DNA of 63,081 nt, the filler included, from Basidiobolus ranarum (lineage: Eukaryota), in assembly GCA_040143965.1 (NCBI GenBank). It is 8 parts of 8 records of this genome, joined end to end, with 100 filler letters (N's around TTAATTAATTAA, not from the genome) between each part and the next. Parts side by side here need not be neighbours in the genome. Positions count along the whole stretch, not along the records: positions 23,738 to 31,536 come from JASJQH010001061.1; positions 31,637 to 39,426 come from JASJQH010001062.1; positions 39,527 to 47,316 come from JASJQH010001063.1; 5 more parts are not named here. One strand, written 5' to 3'. Below the pieces are notes generated by a model, which saw only the letters and a list, made by a program, of their open reading frames with translations, did no database searches and was not told where the DNA came from. The translations under genes were made by a program, and so were the position numbers. Each line of letters begins with the position of its first letter. Within the stretch, counting starts at the first letter, position 1. Positions 26,528 through 39,719 of this stretch are shown in pieces.

Positions 26528-28067
26528 TAGACGTACGAGATTTTGTGTACTTTTTCGTTCAACCTTGAATTATTCATCTTGATTGTTATATACTCGCTTT
26601 AATAACGGTATTAATAATTATGCATAGGTACCATATTTTATCCAAACCTGAAGCCTTGGGTAAAAACTAATAGCTGATTCCAACTTTACCTGCGATGCTA
26701 CTTGTGATTCCATATATTGCTGTTTTTCATCTTAAACCAAATGAATGATCAAATGTAGTAAAACCCAGTATGCTAAACCGGTTAGTTGCATAATATTCTT
26801 GTTTGTGTTAGCAACAGTCTTAACTTTCATGGGCTACGCGTTGTTTATCTTTTTTTCGATGAACAGGTACACCAATAACCAAACCAATGCTCATCTTTAA
26901 CCATTCTATCTTCATGGGCATAGTGTGTAGTGAACATGTATCAGTTCATCAGGTAGAGCGTAATTATCACGTAATTTCAATATGCAAGATTAAAGTACCC
27001 TTACAAATGTACAATAGCGCATTCATTCATGCGATTTTATTATATGGTGAAGGAGAATAGAGTTTTTGAAGATAGTGATGTTTTCCAAGGATTCGGGCTT
27101 GCGTTGGGGCTTACATTAACAAATAGCATTTAACCAAGCATAGGTATGCCAGATGCTACGGCCTCTATGGAGTATAGAGAAGATCGTGAAGTGTCTCGGG
27201 TATATGAAGGAATACCGGGATAATGAAAGAATACAGCCTAGGTTACTCATTAGATAGTCTGGCCATAGAGCATTCTAGGCCAATTGAATATTTTGGATCT
27301 AAATCTATATATTTAAATTATTTCACGTATACCGCATATAAAAGCTGATGTATTTTTGTTTCGTTTTGTTTACATTCATCATCTCTAGGATTTATCTTCA
27401 TATTTTATTACAATAATGACAATATATATATATATCATCCTTTGGAGGTTTCATACACTCGTACATATTTCTCTGATATCCAGGCAAAGAAAGGGATTAT
27501 GGAATTTAGACTACTGGGCATCATCTACCGTTGGTCGAAAGGTACTCTGACAATAGATGCTTATTTCCCTACACCACTGCCCATATAGAAACATCTATGC
27601 TTTAAAACCTGCGACCCAAATTAGAAATTGACTGGGTGGTCTTGAATATTGATTACCTATCATTGGGAATATGCCTCCAATTTACATATATGGTAGCCTA
27701 TTCACAGCCATCTATAAATCCAACAACTCTTTGATTCACAAGATCCGTTTATGGAGCACAGCAATAGGATTGAAGTGGAATGTATATATACTCAGGATAC
27801 TAAAAAAGGTTGCCCCGGTTTAGCCTAGATGAGACCCTAACCCTAAGAGTATGCATCAAGTAATCGTTTTTTGTTGCCCTTCCGTTGTGAACTAACCGGA
27901 AAATATATCGAGTCGAAATTCAACAGTATCCAGTCTGAATCAGTGATAACTTTCGGTTGAGACTGAGTGAGATTTCATTTTCTCATTTGCACATGTTCAC
28001 ACCCGATTGTACTTATATCCAATCTATATAAGAACTGGTGAATATTTAGTATGTACAATTCGTAAAA

Positions 28068-28879
28068 ATGCTAGAGGATAAGCTTAGTATTCGTACAGCT
28101 CCATTTGTGCTAAATCTTCACAAGTAAAACCCTATTTCTTTCTCTTAGTTTCTAAACTTTCTCATCGATCACTCTTTGATAACAAAGTGCTTTTGACCAA
28201 AGTTTTTGTTTACTAACTTCCTTCATATTTTAGAATACTTTCAGAACCAAGTTACTCTGATGCGATAGCTTGGGAGCGGTCGGGCACCAGATTTATCATC
28301 AAAGACCCTATGAATTTTGCCTCTAAAGTGCTTCCTCGACACTATGAAACCAATAAGTTTTCTTCATTCTCCCGTCAATTAAATGTAAGCAGTATTAGTT
28401 TGAATAGATGTTAATGATATAACAAGTAATATTTTAAATAGCTTTATGGTTTTCACCAAGTTTCTGATAAGCGGATAAAGAGGCAACGCTTTGCTACATC
28501 AACAATAGTCTATGCACACCAGCATTTCAAACGAGACAAGCTAGATTCTCTTCATCTTATACAACGTATGTGGCATCCGTATAGTTATACACAAATCAAG
28601 CTTTCGAACCTTCAAGTAAATACAGTCACAAATTTAATCTCCACTTCCACATCGATTTTACTATTACTCTCTTCATCTTCATTCATACATCTATAGCCAA
28701 CAAGTCAACAAGAAGGCAATTTAAAATTCAAGAAAGCTTCGGTCCGTGAATGTCAAAATTGTAGGATACTTACACAGGAGATAGCACATCTGAATAAGAT
28801 GATTGAGTATTGTAAGTTTATTCTACACAAACCACCAATAGTAGATGATTCAAGTCGTATTGATTACTCAAATCTCTGA
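28068..28879 (+). pseudogene. Second HSF-domain paralogue with a premature stop (or a truncated DNA-binding-domain-only gene)
   Basis: Same intron positions and an intact DNA-binding domain (FSSFSRQLN/LYGFHQV). TAG at 28694-28696 precedes the in-frame homologous CQNC + coiled coil. Confidence 0.8.
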
Positions 28880-30347
28880 CCTTTGGATACGTCGTTACCT
28901 CTGTACTCCTCTTGTACTTCACCTTTCTCTGGGCTTATATGAGGATGTCAATCGCGGTCTCAATTATGCCCATTGCTGATATTGCAGTCATTTTCGTAAT
29001 TGCTATTTTTAATATGTTCGATAAAGTTATTGTATAATATACACTAAATTGAAAAATCAATCTTAGGGTTACCAGATGAGCATAAATAAAATATCCAGTT
29101 GCAAAAACTAACCCGAATTGAATTTAGAATGAAGGAATTAATACAGTTACTAATATTATACTTGTGGACTGGGCTATCCAGATTATGATTTAACGGTTAG
29201 TAAAAAAGAAACACAAACTCCTCAATATATATTAAACAGAGCTAGATGAGGTAAGTATTGTTCGTTTGATTTGTATTGCACATAATGAATGATGGATGAT
29301 TCGAAACCTAATACGGAAATTGAATGAATGATTTCGAACGTAGATCGACAATGTGAGATAAAAATGCGAGAACAGTCAATGTATCGCTGCTCGATTAAAG
29401 ATGTGCTACTCTCAGATCCTTTTTCTTTGCCTTTCCTAGGAAATAAATATATATACAAGATAGAGGAGGATCTAGCCAAGACATGTTAACCTATGGGTCA
29501 ATATAATAATTCAACTATTGCTTGGTTGTTTTAGAACTAATCAATGTTGTCAAACCAATAACTAGAGTTAGAAGTTGAATGAATTGTTTTGAGTATTGAT
29601 CGAAAGTGATTCTTTAGACACATCTCTTTGTATAATCAAAAAACAACTATGTATCATGCTAGTTAGACTTGTAATAAATTCGTTGTTAGTTTAATACTGA
29701 TAGAGTTATGGGTATATGGATAGTGGGTGTGCATGTTTTATTCTTGTAGTAAGTCCAGATGCACCACGTATGGCATTAAAGCAGTACCTATTTGAATAAG
29801 TAATCACCGGTGTCATGAGGCGAGATGTACTTAAGCGTTCATATCTTCAAATAGACACAATATGACAAGAATTTATTTAATGATAACAACTCTCTGAAAC
29901 TATGCATATGAAGCTGAAGTAAAAGATATTAAGATTTGATCTTGGCTAAGTAATAAAGTGGGCATATTATACCTGTGAGTCTCAAGATTTTGATCAATAT
30001 CTGAGCATACTTTGATGAGTTATATACAAAAGGAGCCATGACTTCAGTGAGACAGGCCATCTATTGTTAGTAAAGCTTTTGGAAAAGTAGCTATTGGAAC
30101 TCATGTTGCTGTACTTATCCAGAGAAGGCATATCTGTGATATCTTTCCAAGAATTGGAGAAGTACCCAGTTTCATTCTCATATGTTTTACATAGCTATGT
30201 GATGATTATTTGAGATACTAAACCATATTTTACAAGTCTGCAGAGCCTAATCAGCTTCCAGTGACCAACTTCTATGATGACATTTGAATATGATGTGATA
30301 GATACTTCCTGCAACTTAGGACAAGGTGATTTTAGATTTATTAAATG

Positions 30348-30695
30348 TGTTAATGTATTTGGGAGCCTGTTGAAAGTGGTTTGGAGAAATAGAGAAATTG
30401 GTGGTTTTCACTGATTGATTTATTGAGTTGAAAGTTGACATTTATAACTTTGGTCAAGGTGTAAACAAACTAACGTGTAGAATGTGTTAAGAAAAATCCC
30501 AGAAACATGTGTGCAAAGTTTGGGGCTTGTAGCACAAGTTTGAAAATCTATATATCTGAGAACTTCCCAGTTGGTAAAAGTATTCTAAGTAAATTCCAAT
30601 TGAGAATAATGGGTAATATCTTAGTAAGATATACAATAACTAAATACTAAGCTATATATGACTATATAGGTGTTTAGGCAATGTTAATTTTAACA
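30348..30695 (-). mobile_element. Solo copia family A LTR with a 5-bp target-site duplication (AAATG)
   Basis: AAATG at 30343-30347 and 30696-30700 flank TGTT...AACA. Confidence 0.93.
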
Positions 30696-31075
30696 AAATG
30701 TAGACATCTTGTCGCATAGAAGTATTGTATATACTTTTTGGAATGACCAGCACATAATATTAAAGTAAGTAGGTGTATCCAAAACTGTCACACCTGTTGA
30801 AGTGAGTAAGATATGACTAATATCAGATAATATACCTGATAGAGGTATTATCCGCACTTGATTTCGTTTCCCTAATAGAATATCCTGAATTACCTTTGAT
30901 GCTACATAAACATTTAGCTATTTCAATCATGCCTTCAGATTTTACTCTCAACAACATAAAACTACTGGTAATGTTTCGCATTCCAATCATTAAAGCAGGC
31001 TATAAAGGTATAACAGAGTAGGTAATTTTACTGTATAAGAGGAGAGTCGAAATAAAGTTTTCAGGCTTGATAAGC

Positions 31076-31375
31076 ATGATAGAAGGAAATGCTAATAAAT
31101 TCAATATTTATATGTCTCTCTTTATAAATTTCTTTCACATCCTTTCACCAAGTTACTCTGATATGATAGCTTCGGAGCGGTCGGGCATCAGACTTACCAC
31201 TAAAAACCCTATTAATTTTGCCTTTAACGTATTCCCTATACTATCAAACTAATGAGCATGCTTTATTCTTCCACCAATAAACGAAAGTTATAATAGTTGT
31301 AATTGCTTTTAATAGGACATTTCATTAATCTTTTGGATACGGCTATGACTTCTATCGAGTTTCTAATCGTTGTAA
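31076..31375 (+). pseudogene. Third, strongly decayed HSF-domain paralogue
   Basis: MIEGNANKFNI..ILSPSYSDMIASERSGIRLTTKNPINFA aligns to copies 1 and 2; frameshift and stops follow. Confidence 0.75.
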
Positions 31376-31636
31376 AATATCTCGCTTGAAATATTGGTGA
31401 GGATAGATTATCCTTGACGCATTGAAATTCTGCTTTTTAAGAACGCTATGTTGCATTCCACTTATACAGGTATTACTTTGTCTATACATTCATACTTACC
31501 TCTTGTATTGGATATGTTTGATGCGCGATTAACTGANNNNNNNNNNNNNNNNNNNNNNNNNNNNNNNNNNNNNNNNNNNNTTAATTAATTAANNNNNNNN
31601 NNNNNNNNNNNNNNNNNNNNNNNNNNNNNNNNNNNN

Positions 31637-32311
31637 GTTGGCAGCAGAACTTGTTTGGTAGGTGTCTTCCAAGGCTTTCCATACCTTCTTGGCAGTTTTA
31701 GCTCTTGAACATTGAATTAGCAATTTGTGTTTAACATTAAGACAAATTGTGTTAAAGGCACTTTGTTCTTTTTTAACTTGGAGTAAAATTTTGGTTTCAG
31801 ATAGTTTTGCATTGTTTTCTTCTCCTACAACAGAGTCCCAAAGTCCTTTTTCTTGCAGCAGCATTTTCTTTTTAATTTACCAAACTTGATAATTGGTTCC
31901 ATCCAATTATTCAGAAGAGGGAAAAGTTCCATAAATTTGAGAAGTAGACATTACAGAGAGTGCAAGCTTGAGGCTCATAACCTGTTAAAGTATCTGGGAG
32001 CCTGTTGGAAGTGGTTTGGAGAATTAGAGGAATTGGTGATTTTCACTTATTGATTTATTGGGTAGAGAGTTGACATTTATAGTTTTGTCAAGATGTAAAC
32101 AAACTAACATGTAGAATGTGTTAAGGAAGGTCCTAGGAGCATGTGTGCAAAGTTTGGGGCTTCTAGCATAAGGTTAAAAAATCTATATATCTGGGAACTT
32201 CTAAGTAAATTCCTTATGAGAATAATGGATAATATCTTAGTGAATTATAAGACAACTAAGTACTAAGCTATATATGACTATGTAGGTGTTTAGGCAAAAC
32301 TAATTTCAACA
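31637..32311 (-). mobile_element. Copia family A 5' end: LTR 31983-32311, primer-binding site 31972-31982, gag N-terminus
   Basis: On the minus strand the LTR is followed directly by GGTTATGAGCC (copia/Ty5-type tRNAiMet half-molecule PBS), then LDGTNYQVW*..MLLQEKGLWD...AKTAKKVWKALEDTY. Confidence 0.92.
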
Positions 32312-33821
32312 TCTTTAAGAACCTCATCTATCAGTATCACATTTTTATATTATTAAATATATGAAATTATAAGCAGAGATGTCACAAGAAAGATAATAAT
32401 TATCAATGGCAGATATTTGGCCAAACTCTATAAACATTTTTAACTTGAAGTTGATTGAGCGGAAGAACTGAGGCAGGCATTTCTACAACATACTCAGTAG
32501 GTAACCTACGAGATATTCATATGGATAATTAGTGTAGTAAGGATACTGTGCAATTTAACCAAAATACTCACGTATTACTGCGTATCATATGTTATGTTGG
32601 TTAAGTTAGGAAACTTGTTTAAAGTATATATAACCCGGTTGGTATTTTTCCATATCAATATCTAATGTAGAGCATTTGTTTTCTTTGATTATCCTACCCC
32701 CTTCCAGTTCATCAAACATATTTACGAGAATCCAGAAAATTCCATTTAGGATGACATATTCATCAATGATCACTAGATCCAACCACTTGCTGATTTTCTA
32801 AGCAAAACTTACTAGTAATATTTGATAGATGAAAGTGAGAGAATATCTATTTATATTAATATATAGATTTATATTATTATAGCAACAAATGAGCAATCCA
32901 CGACATGGGACTTATGTGACCGGAGTACTGTGAAGATTTCCTTCCTGAGTAACATGAGAGTGGCACCAATTATGCTTATCAAACCATGCTACCACGCATA
33001 GTTACACGCATCGTACTGGTGACAATAATGGCAACTCTTACAAACTACATTATGATAATGGCCACTCTTAAGGCTACAATACTTAGGGTTAGGGTTAGGC
33101 AAGCAACAATTTAGTGACCTTTCTCCCTCCTCGTCCCCGTCCCCTTCACCAGGAGTGATGCTGTTGACAAAACAAAAAATCTGATGAAGATGACTCCTCT
33201 ATCTATTGGAGCATTGATCTATTATGGAAAGTATCGGTTAAAGTGATGCAATGGTGGTAGAGCGCAAAAGCTTGGTGGCTTGGGGCAGGGAATTCAAGAG
33301 GTGAAACATATATATAGCCTAAATACTAGATTCTGATGCCTAAACTTAGGTACATATGACTTCATCTGATTGGATGCATGGGAGTGCCACAACGGTCACC
33401 TTTTAGATAGGTCCACGATTTAAGTCACAGGTCGTTCCAAGAGGTTCTCGCTCATGTAATTTAATACATTATGACCTTTAATGTGCCTGGAGTATAGATA
33501 TATGCGCTGATGGAAGTGCTTTCACCATTCACAAACCGCAGTCAAATTGGATTTGATAAGTCATGTGCGATCAATGTATATCCAATCTATTCTCCTTACG
33601 TGCAATCGCCTTGCCTGTCATAAACCATCCAAGAATATTCATATAAAAAATCATTCTCTTTTACTACCAACATTAAAGCATTATCCATTAAACAACTCTT
33701 TCGAACTGTAAAATACACATATCTTACCTAATAATATACATTCTTTTTCTTACAATAATTTTTATCTCCGCATCGTCCCCCTTTTATTTTATCCTTTATC
33801 GCGTTCAATTGAGAAGAAACC

Positions 33822-36337
33822 ATGAATTGGCCATTAAATAGCAATGATGTTATTGTCGATTCCACCAGTTTTGAGACAAGCATTAACTGGACAGAGAATA
33901 TTTGGGACTCAGATAGTATGGTTGCCGACTATGTTGAAAGCGGCTGTAAAAAGACTCCAAAGTCCCGTCCAAATCCTATAGCCAAGAGTAAATTACTGAA
34001 TAGACTTTTGAGTTCTTCAGGTACACTATTTCGGTCTGAGACTTATTGAAGATATCCCTATTTCTGGTATATTTGCTAAAATGGCCTCACATCTTTAGGA
34101 CATACCGCGAGTACGAATAGTACACGTCGTGCTTATAGTTATACTCAAGGGATAACCGTCGACACGAAACAATTAGACGAGAGTAAGCGACGTCAAGGAA
34201 GACTGTTGTTGGTTTCCTTATTGGAGAATTTTTGTGCACTTTACGACCAGTCTCCTCAGCATAACCGCAAACTTTTCTTCATGATATGCAAAACCCTTAG
34301 TGGTATGGGCGTATGTATTATTTCCTTTGCTGATCATCGAGTTACCTATTTTAATTAAAGAAATATGTTATTTAGCTTATCGATGAAGAATATATTGATA
34401 ATATGGCCGGAGTGAGATCAGCTTACAAGTCTACTTTCAAGCAGCTAGTACTTCAGGCTATGGCCACGATGGAGGTAGTTTGACTTTATTTTCATATTCA
34501 AGTTGTATCATGCATTGAAAATCTCATGGGATATTTTTTCATGAATCTTTAGCAAGAATTGAAGCTCAAACCTCTCAAAAGAATGATGTCTATTAACTAT
34601 CACAATGATGAGGAAAGTTCAGAGAACGTGGATTACTTTAGCGGGTTACACGAAAAATATAAAAATCGGTGAGTATATTATCTAATTTCTCGATGATATA
34701 AACTTCATAAATGTTAATTTCATATTATTCCATATTAACAGCCAAACTCCGTCGATTCGAAGAACTTTCTCGAAACTAGCGAAGATGAGCTTCACGGATA
34801 TTTTGGAGCTATACAACTCGCGATATGAGACTGATTTCATAGAAGTGCGCATGTTAGGCAAAGGAGGCTTTGGATCAGTGTATAAGGTAAAGATCAAATC
34901 CTTGTCCATGTGTTTCCAAATAAAATGGGGCCAATACTCATCGCTATTAAACAATAGGTCCAGAATAAGTTGGATGGCTCCGTCTATGCTATCAAGAAGA
35001 TTCGACTCAAGTCCGATAAAACCAGACACGAAAAGGTATTTCGGGAAATCAAGTATCTGTCGAAACTAGACCACCCCAACGTCGTTAGATATTACGGATC
35101 TTGGCTCGAGAACAGCAAGAGAATTTATGATGAAGGAAGTGATGATGACTTCGATTACGAATATGACGATGAGGATACCTCTGAAAGCTCTGACGCCGCA
35201 TCCCAGCTGAGTGTAACCTTTGACTCTACTCTTCAAACAGTACCTGATGATGAAAGCCAAAAATTGGACAGCTCTGATTTAAGCGACTGTGTGGAGTTTG
35301 TTTATGAACATACTCCCTTTGGGAGCGATGTGAATGAGGAGTATATATCCCCAAATATCTCGTCCTGTAGCTCTCACCCGCATGTAGAAACAGGAACCCA
35401 CACCGTGCCCTCTAACTGTACCTCTGTTTGTGAACCTGAAATCATAACTGAAAATGGCTCTGCTAACTTCCCACTCTCCAATAACAAAGACCTTACACTC
35501 TTTATTCAAATGCAGCTCTGCCGTAGTACCCTTTACGATTATATCGAAACTCGCAACCGAGCCATGGCCAACCCGCAAACTAAGATACCGGTTGTCATTG
35601 ACTCACTAGCCAACCTTCAATTGTTCCGGGCAATCGTTCAAGGCGTAGCCTATATACATGATCAAGATATGATTCATCGAGATCTTAAACCCATGAATAT
35701 ATTCTTAGATTGTAACAGCGCTACGGATGATCCCGATTTTCTAATTCAAAATGTTGATTTATTGGTTCCAAGAATTGGTGACTTTGGCTTGGTCACTGGA
35801 AGAGAAGATTTTGTTCCACTTGACTCTCGACCCAACTCTCGTAAACAAAGTCATTATGGTAGTCCAAATTCCTCTCGCACATCCAAGGTCGGCACCATCA
35901 CATATGCTTCACCTGAACAACTGGCAGACCCACCTCAAATGTACGATCAAAAAGCGGATATTTACAGCTTGGGGATCATCTTATTTGAGTTGTACTATCC
36001 ATTCTCCACCCTTATGGAACGAGCACAACTCTTACAAAACTTAAGACATGGTGTACTTCCAGATGAATTTCTCGCCAAATGGCCCAAAGAATCCGCATTA
36101 GTTCTTTGGTTAATGGCAGAAGATCCTTCAAAGAGACCTACCGCACATGAGATATTGGAATTTGACATGTTCCTTCCACCCACTTACAATACTCCACAAC
36201 CCAAAGATACAGGTCGCGTGGCATTAGAACATAAAGCTAACCAGTTACAAAAAGAAAATGAAAAACTGCGAGCACATATTGCAGAGCTCGAAGCTCTTGT
36301 CAGTCAGTGTAGTTGCAAAAAAACTCCATCATGCTAA
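33822..36337 (+). CDS. HRI-type eIF2-alpha kinase, about 6 exons
   Basis: N-terminal GRLLLVSLLENFCALY..RKLFFMICKTLSGMG; SRYETDFIEVRMLGKGGFGSVY; YAIKKI; VVRYYGSWLE; acidic kinase insert; LFIQMQLC; IHRDLKPMNIF; IGDFGL; VGTITYASPEQ; C-terminal coiled coil. Confidence 0.92.
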
Positions 36338-37145
36338 ATGGCGGATATTTCTGTATATTCCTTCTATGTTAGCTTGTTTCCGAAGCTGACTAGACTCATT
36401 GTTTATAATTTCGATACACCCTTCACATATATTCGCCAGTAGTATTTCCTCACAAGAGACTCAACTGGTGCTGGTAAATCCTAATCCTAAACCCTCGCCT
36501 CACTCACCTCTCTCATCTCTAAATCCATGTCACTGTATCAACAAATAAGAAAAAAATTAACTCGCTCCCTAATATGGAGAAAACATGTTATTGTTTAGCA
36601 TCCCGATCTTATGATACCAGCAAATAAAACCAATTGCATTCGGCGTATATGTCACAAAATGATTTAGAGTTCACACGTAATGAAACAGCAGAAAAGATCC
36701 ATTATATTCGATCATAAAGAGTCATACATACTAGTCTCCGTGCACGTTTTAACGAGAAAGAAAAGTAAAGATAATCGTTCTATGTGACTACACTGATGAC
36801 AAGAAAGGATAAATCAACCGTTTTACTTGGGAAAATAGAGAATCAAATATTTTTAATCGGGGGTATACTTTAACTCCAGGGGCACCATCTACAGAGAGTT
36901 TTTATACACGTATATACAAAGAAGCTATTACTAAACTAGCCACTACTTTCGGAAGAGGAGATTTCTTGAGCCAATAAATCATAGCATATATCTCCCAGTT
37001 AGTGTCGGTATATACAATATATAAGTTGATACGTAAATTAGAAAGACCCAGGATCAACATTGCTACAAATGGGATACCTGATGGGATTTTTTCTCCATAA
37101 AAGTGAACATCCTCTCAAACAAGAGCCGAACGTTGTTGTAATATT

Positions 37146-38043
37146 ATGTCCACCGAATATCGAATCTTTTATTTTCCCATCAGGTAAGAATTTCTTCGTC
37201 TTGACTGTAGATGAATTCTTATACGTTTCATCCATAGAGGTCTTGCTGAGGAACTTCGTCTCTTTCTTGAAGAGAAGGGTATCACATACACCCAAGAACC
37301 TTTAGACCCTCGCGACTGGTTTTCTGTCATAAAGCCCACTTTAGCTCCTCTTGAGCAGGTTCCTATCGTATGGCATGGTGACATCAAACTGCGCCAAAGC
37401 AAGGCTATTTTGAGATATATGGCTCGTAAACATGGTAAGATTTCTATACCATAACCACAAGGTGTTAATCGACTCACATTGGGTAAATAGATGGGGAAGG
37501 GAAGAATGAAAGAGAAGCACTACAAGCTGATATTGTAGTCGAGACAACTGTAAGCAACACCAAGTAATATGAAATTTCTCCTATTCTGATTATTTTACAC
37601 AAATATCTATTAGAACGATTGGCGCCAAAAATTCACCTCCCTTTGTTACACTCCAGGATTTGTAAGTCTATATTCGCATAATTCTCCTTTAACTGGAAAG
37701 TATCCAATGATTAACCATACTTTAGGAGAGCCGCAAAGAAGATTACATCCGAGATACCATTCCATTCTATTTGAAAGCCTTCGAGTATTTCTTGGAAGAA
37801 AATGGCAACACTGGATACTTTGCTGGAGATGATTTTACCTATGCGGATGTTTGCGTATTCGATATGGTTGATAATAATATTCTTTTGGATGCTAACTGTC
37901 TATCCAAGGAGAAATACCCCAAACTTCACCAATTCTACCATAACTTCAAAGAGAGACCTCGTATTGCTGCCTACCTAAAGAGTGATAGAAGAAGAAAACA
38001 TTGCAACGGTGCCATTGCTCACTTTGATGCTTACCCTTGGTAA
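37146..38043 (+). CDS. Glutathione S-transferase, Tyr-type (alpha/mu/pi/sigma-like), 5 exons
   Basis: Spliced MSTEYRIFYFPIRGLAEELRLFL..LEQVP..LRQSKAILRYMARKH..YFAGDDFTYADVCVFD..YPKLHQF..RPRIAAYLKS. Confidence 0.9.
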
Positions 38044-38364
38044 ACATATTGTGGTTAATTTCTCATGGTCTCTTCGAGATGTTGCAACCAATTGTATAAA
38101 GGGTATTTAGATGGAATTGCTTTATTATATATACCATTGAAGTAAACTATTGATTCGAAAAGAATAATTTTATATTATATACACTTAACCTAGCCCTAAC
38201 CCTAACCCTAATGCATTTTTAACGGTTGAGATATCTGATGGGATATCGGAATGAAGGAATGTATCCTAGACAATGTAGAATTGAAATGCAAAATATGCAG
38301 TGTTTCATATCAAAGATGTCTAAAAATAGCATCTAAGTTGATTTTATTCGTTGCTATGTCTGCT

Positions 38365-39060
38365 GAGTACAGAATCTTATATTTTCCCGTAAGGTAAGAC
38401 GCATTCTTCTTTTGTATGTTTCAACTCAACTGGTCTATCGTGAAGCTTACTTTGGTTCCTCTTGAGCAGGCCCCTATTATATGACATCAAAGTACGCCAA
38501 AGCACGTAAACATGGTAAGATTGCTATACTAACACAATTGACTTTCATTGGGCCAATAGGTGGAAAGGGACAGAATGAAAGAGAAGGCTGATATTGTAGC
38601 TGAGACGACTGTAAGTAACACCAAGTAATATGATGTTATACAAACTCCTACCAGAGTGATTGGCGGCAGAAATTCAAATCCCTTTGTTTCAGTTCAGATT
38701 TCGTCGGTGCCCATTCACACGGAAAGTATCAAATGACTCAACATATTTTACGCAGAGTACATCCGAGATACCATTCGTTTCTATTATATATATATTCCAT
38801 TCCATTTGAAAGGCTTTGAGCACTTCTTGGAGGATAATGGCAACACTGGATACTTAGCCGGAGATGATTTAACATATGCAAATTTTTACGTATTTGGGAT
38901 ACTTGGCCGGAGATGATTTAACATATGCAAATTTTTACGTATTTGGTAGTAACCTTCTTTTGGACGCTAACTGTCTATCTAAGGAACAATATCCCAAACT
39001 TCACCAATTCTACCATGACTTAATATCGCGGCCTACCTAAAGAGTGATTGAAACATTGTG
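38365..39060 (+). pseudogene. Tandem decayed duplicate of the GST gene
   Basis: Colinear similarity including intron positions, with deletions and an internal 49-bp tandem duplication (units start at 38848 and 38897). Confidence 0.85.
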
Positions 39061-39527
39061 ATGGTAAACATCTACAGGATGGGATTTAAAGCAGTTAGTT
39101 GTAATTTAAAGCAGTTGTAATGGTAGGTATCTGAATAAGTGGAAGTGCTGTGGAATTGCAGTGGAACGAAATTACTTTATTATCATATCGATAATGCAGC
39201 TCATTAATCAATAATGGGGTTCGTTAATCAGTAATCAAAAATGTAGTACTCGATGATTAATAACATAATTAAATATGCGAATCTACAAGGTTGTCGATCA
39301 AAAACTGGGGTTTTGGTCTCTACCCTCGGAAAAGAATTTCAAGAAAATTAAACCATCGTTCGTGAAGTTCCCGTATTTGGTTAGTCGAATATTCAGAATA
39401 ATTCCATCATTGGCACAAAATATCGCNNNNNNNNNNNNNNNNNNNNNNNNNNNNNNNNNNNNNNNNNNNNTTAATTAATTAANNNNNNNNNNNNNNNNNN
39501 NNNNNNNNNNNNNNNNNNNNNNNNNNA

Positions 39528-39719
39528 TCATGTCAATCCTGTTATGGTAGTTATGCTGAATTTCCTCCTGAAGATCGTGGTGTTAATCAAGGATTTGCTG
39601 CCGTAGAAGAAATGCCTATTCCCAAAATGAATGCTCCTGAGTCCGATAAGCTTAGAGAGGCTTTGAAGAAGTTTGAAGAAACTAGAGCTAAGTTGGTAGC
39701 TGAGGGTAAATGGGATTAG
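39528..39719 (+). CDS. C-terminal fragment of an unidentified protein, cut by the contig start
   Basis: Open frame SCQSCYGSYAEFPPEDRGVNQGFAAVEEMPIP...KLVAEGKWD* with coding-like codon usage. Confidence 0.55.
   Translation, partial: SCQSCYGSYAEFPPEDRGVNQGFAAVEEMPIPKMNAPESDKLREALKKFEETRAKLVAEGKWD

Noticed and set aside
35066..36183. Antisense and alternative-frame ORFs over the kinase (and similar ORFs over FBP1, PAN5 and NPY1)
   Set aside because: Shadow ORFs of real genes with no recognisable motifs.
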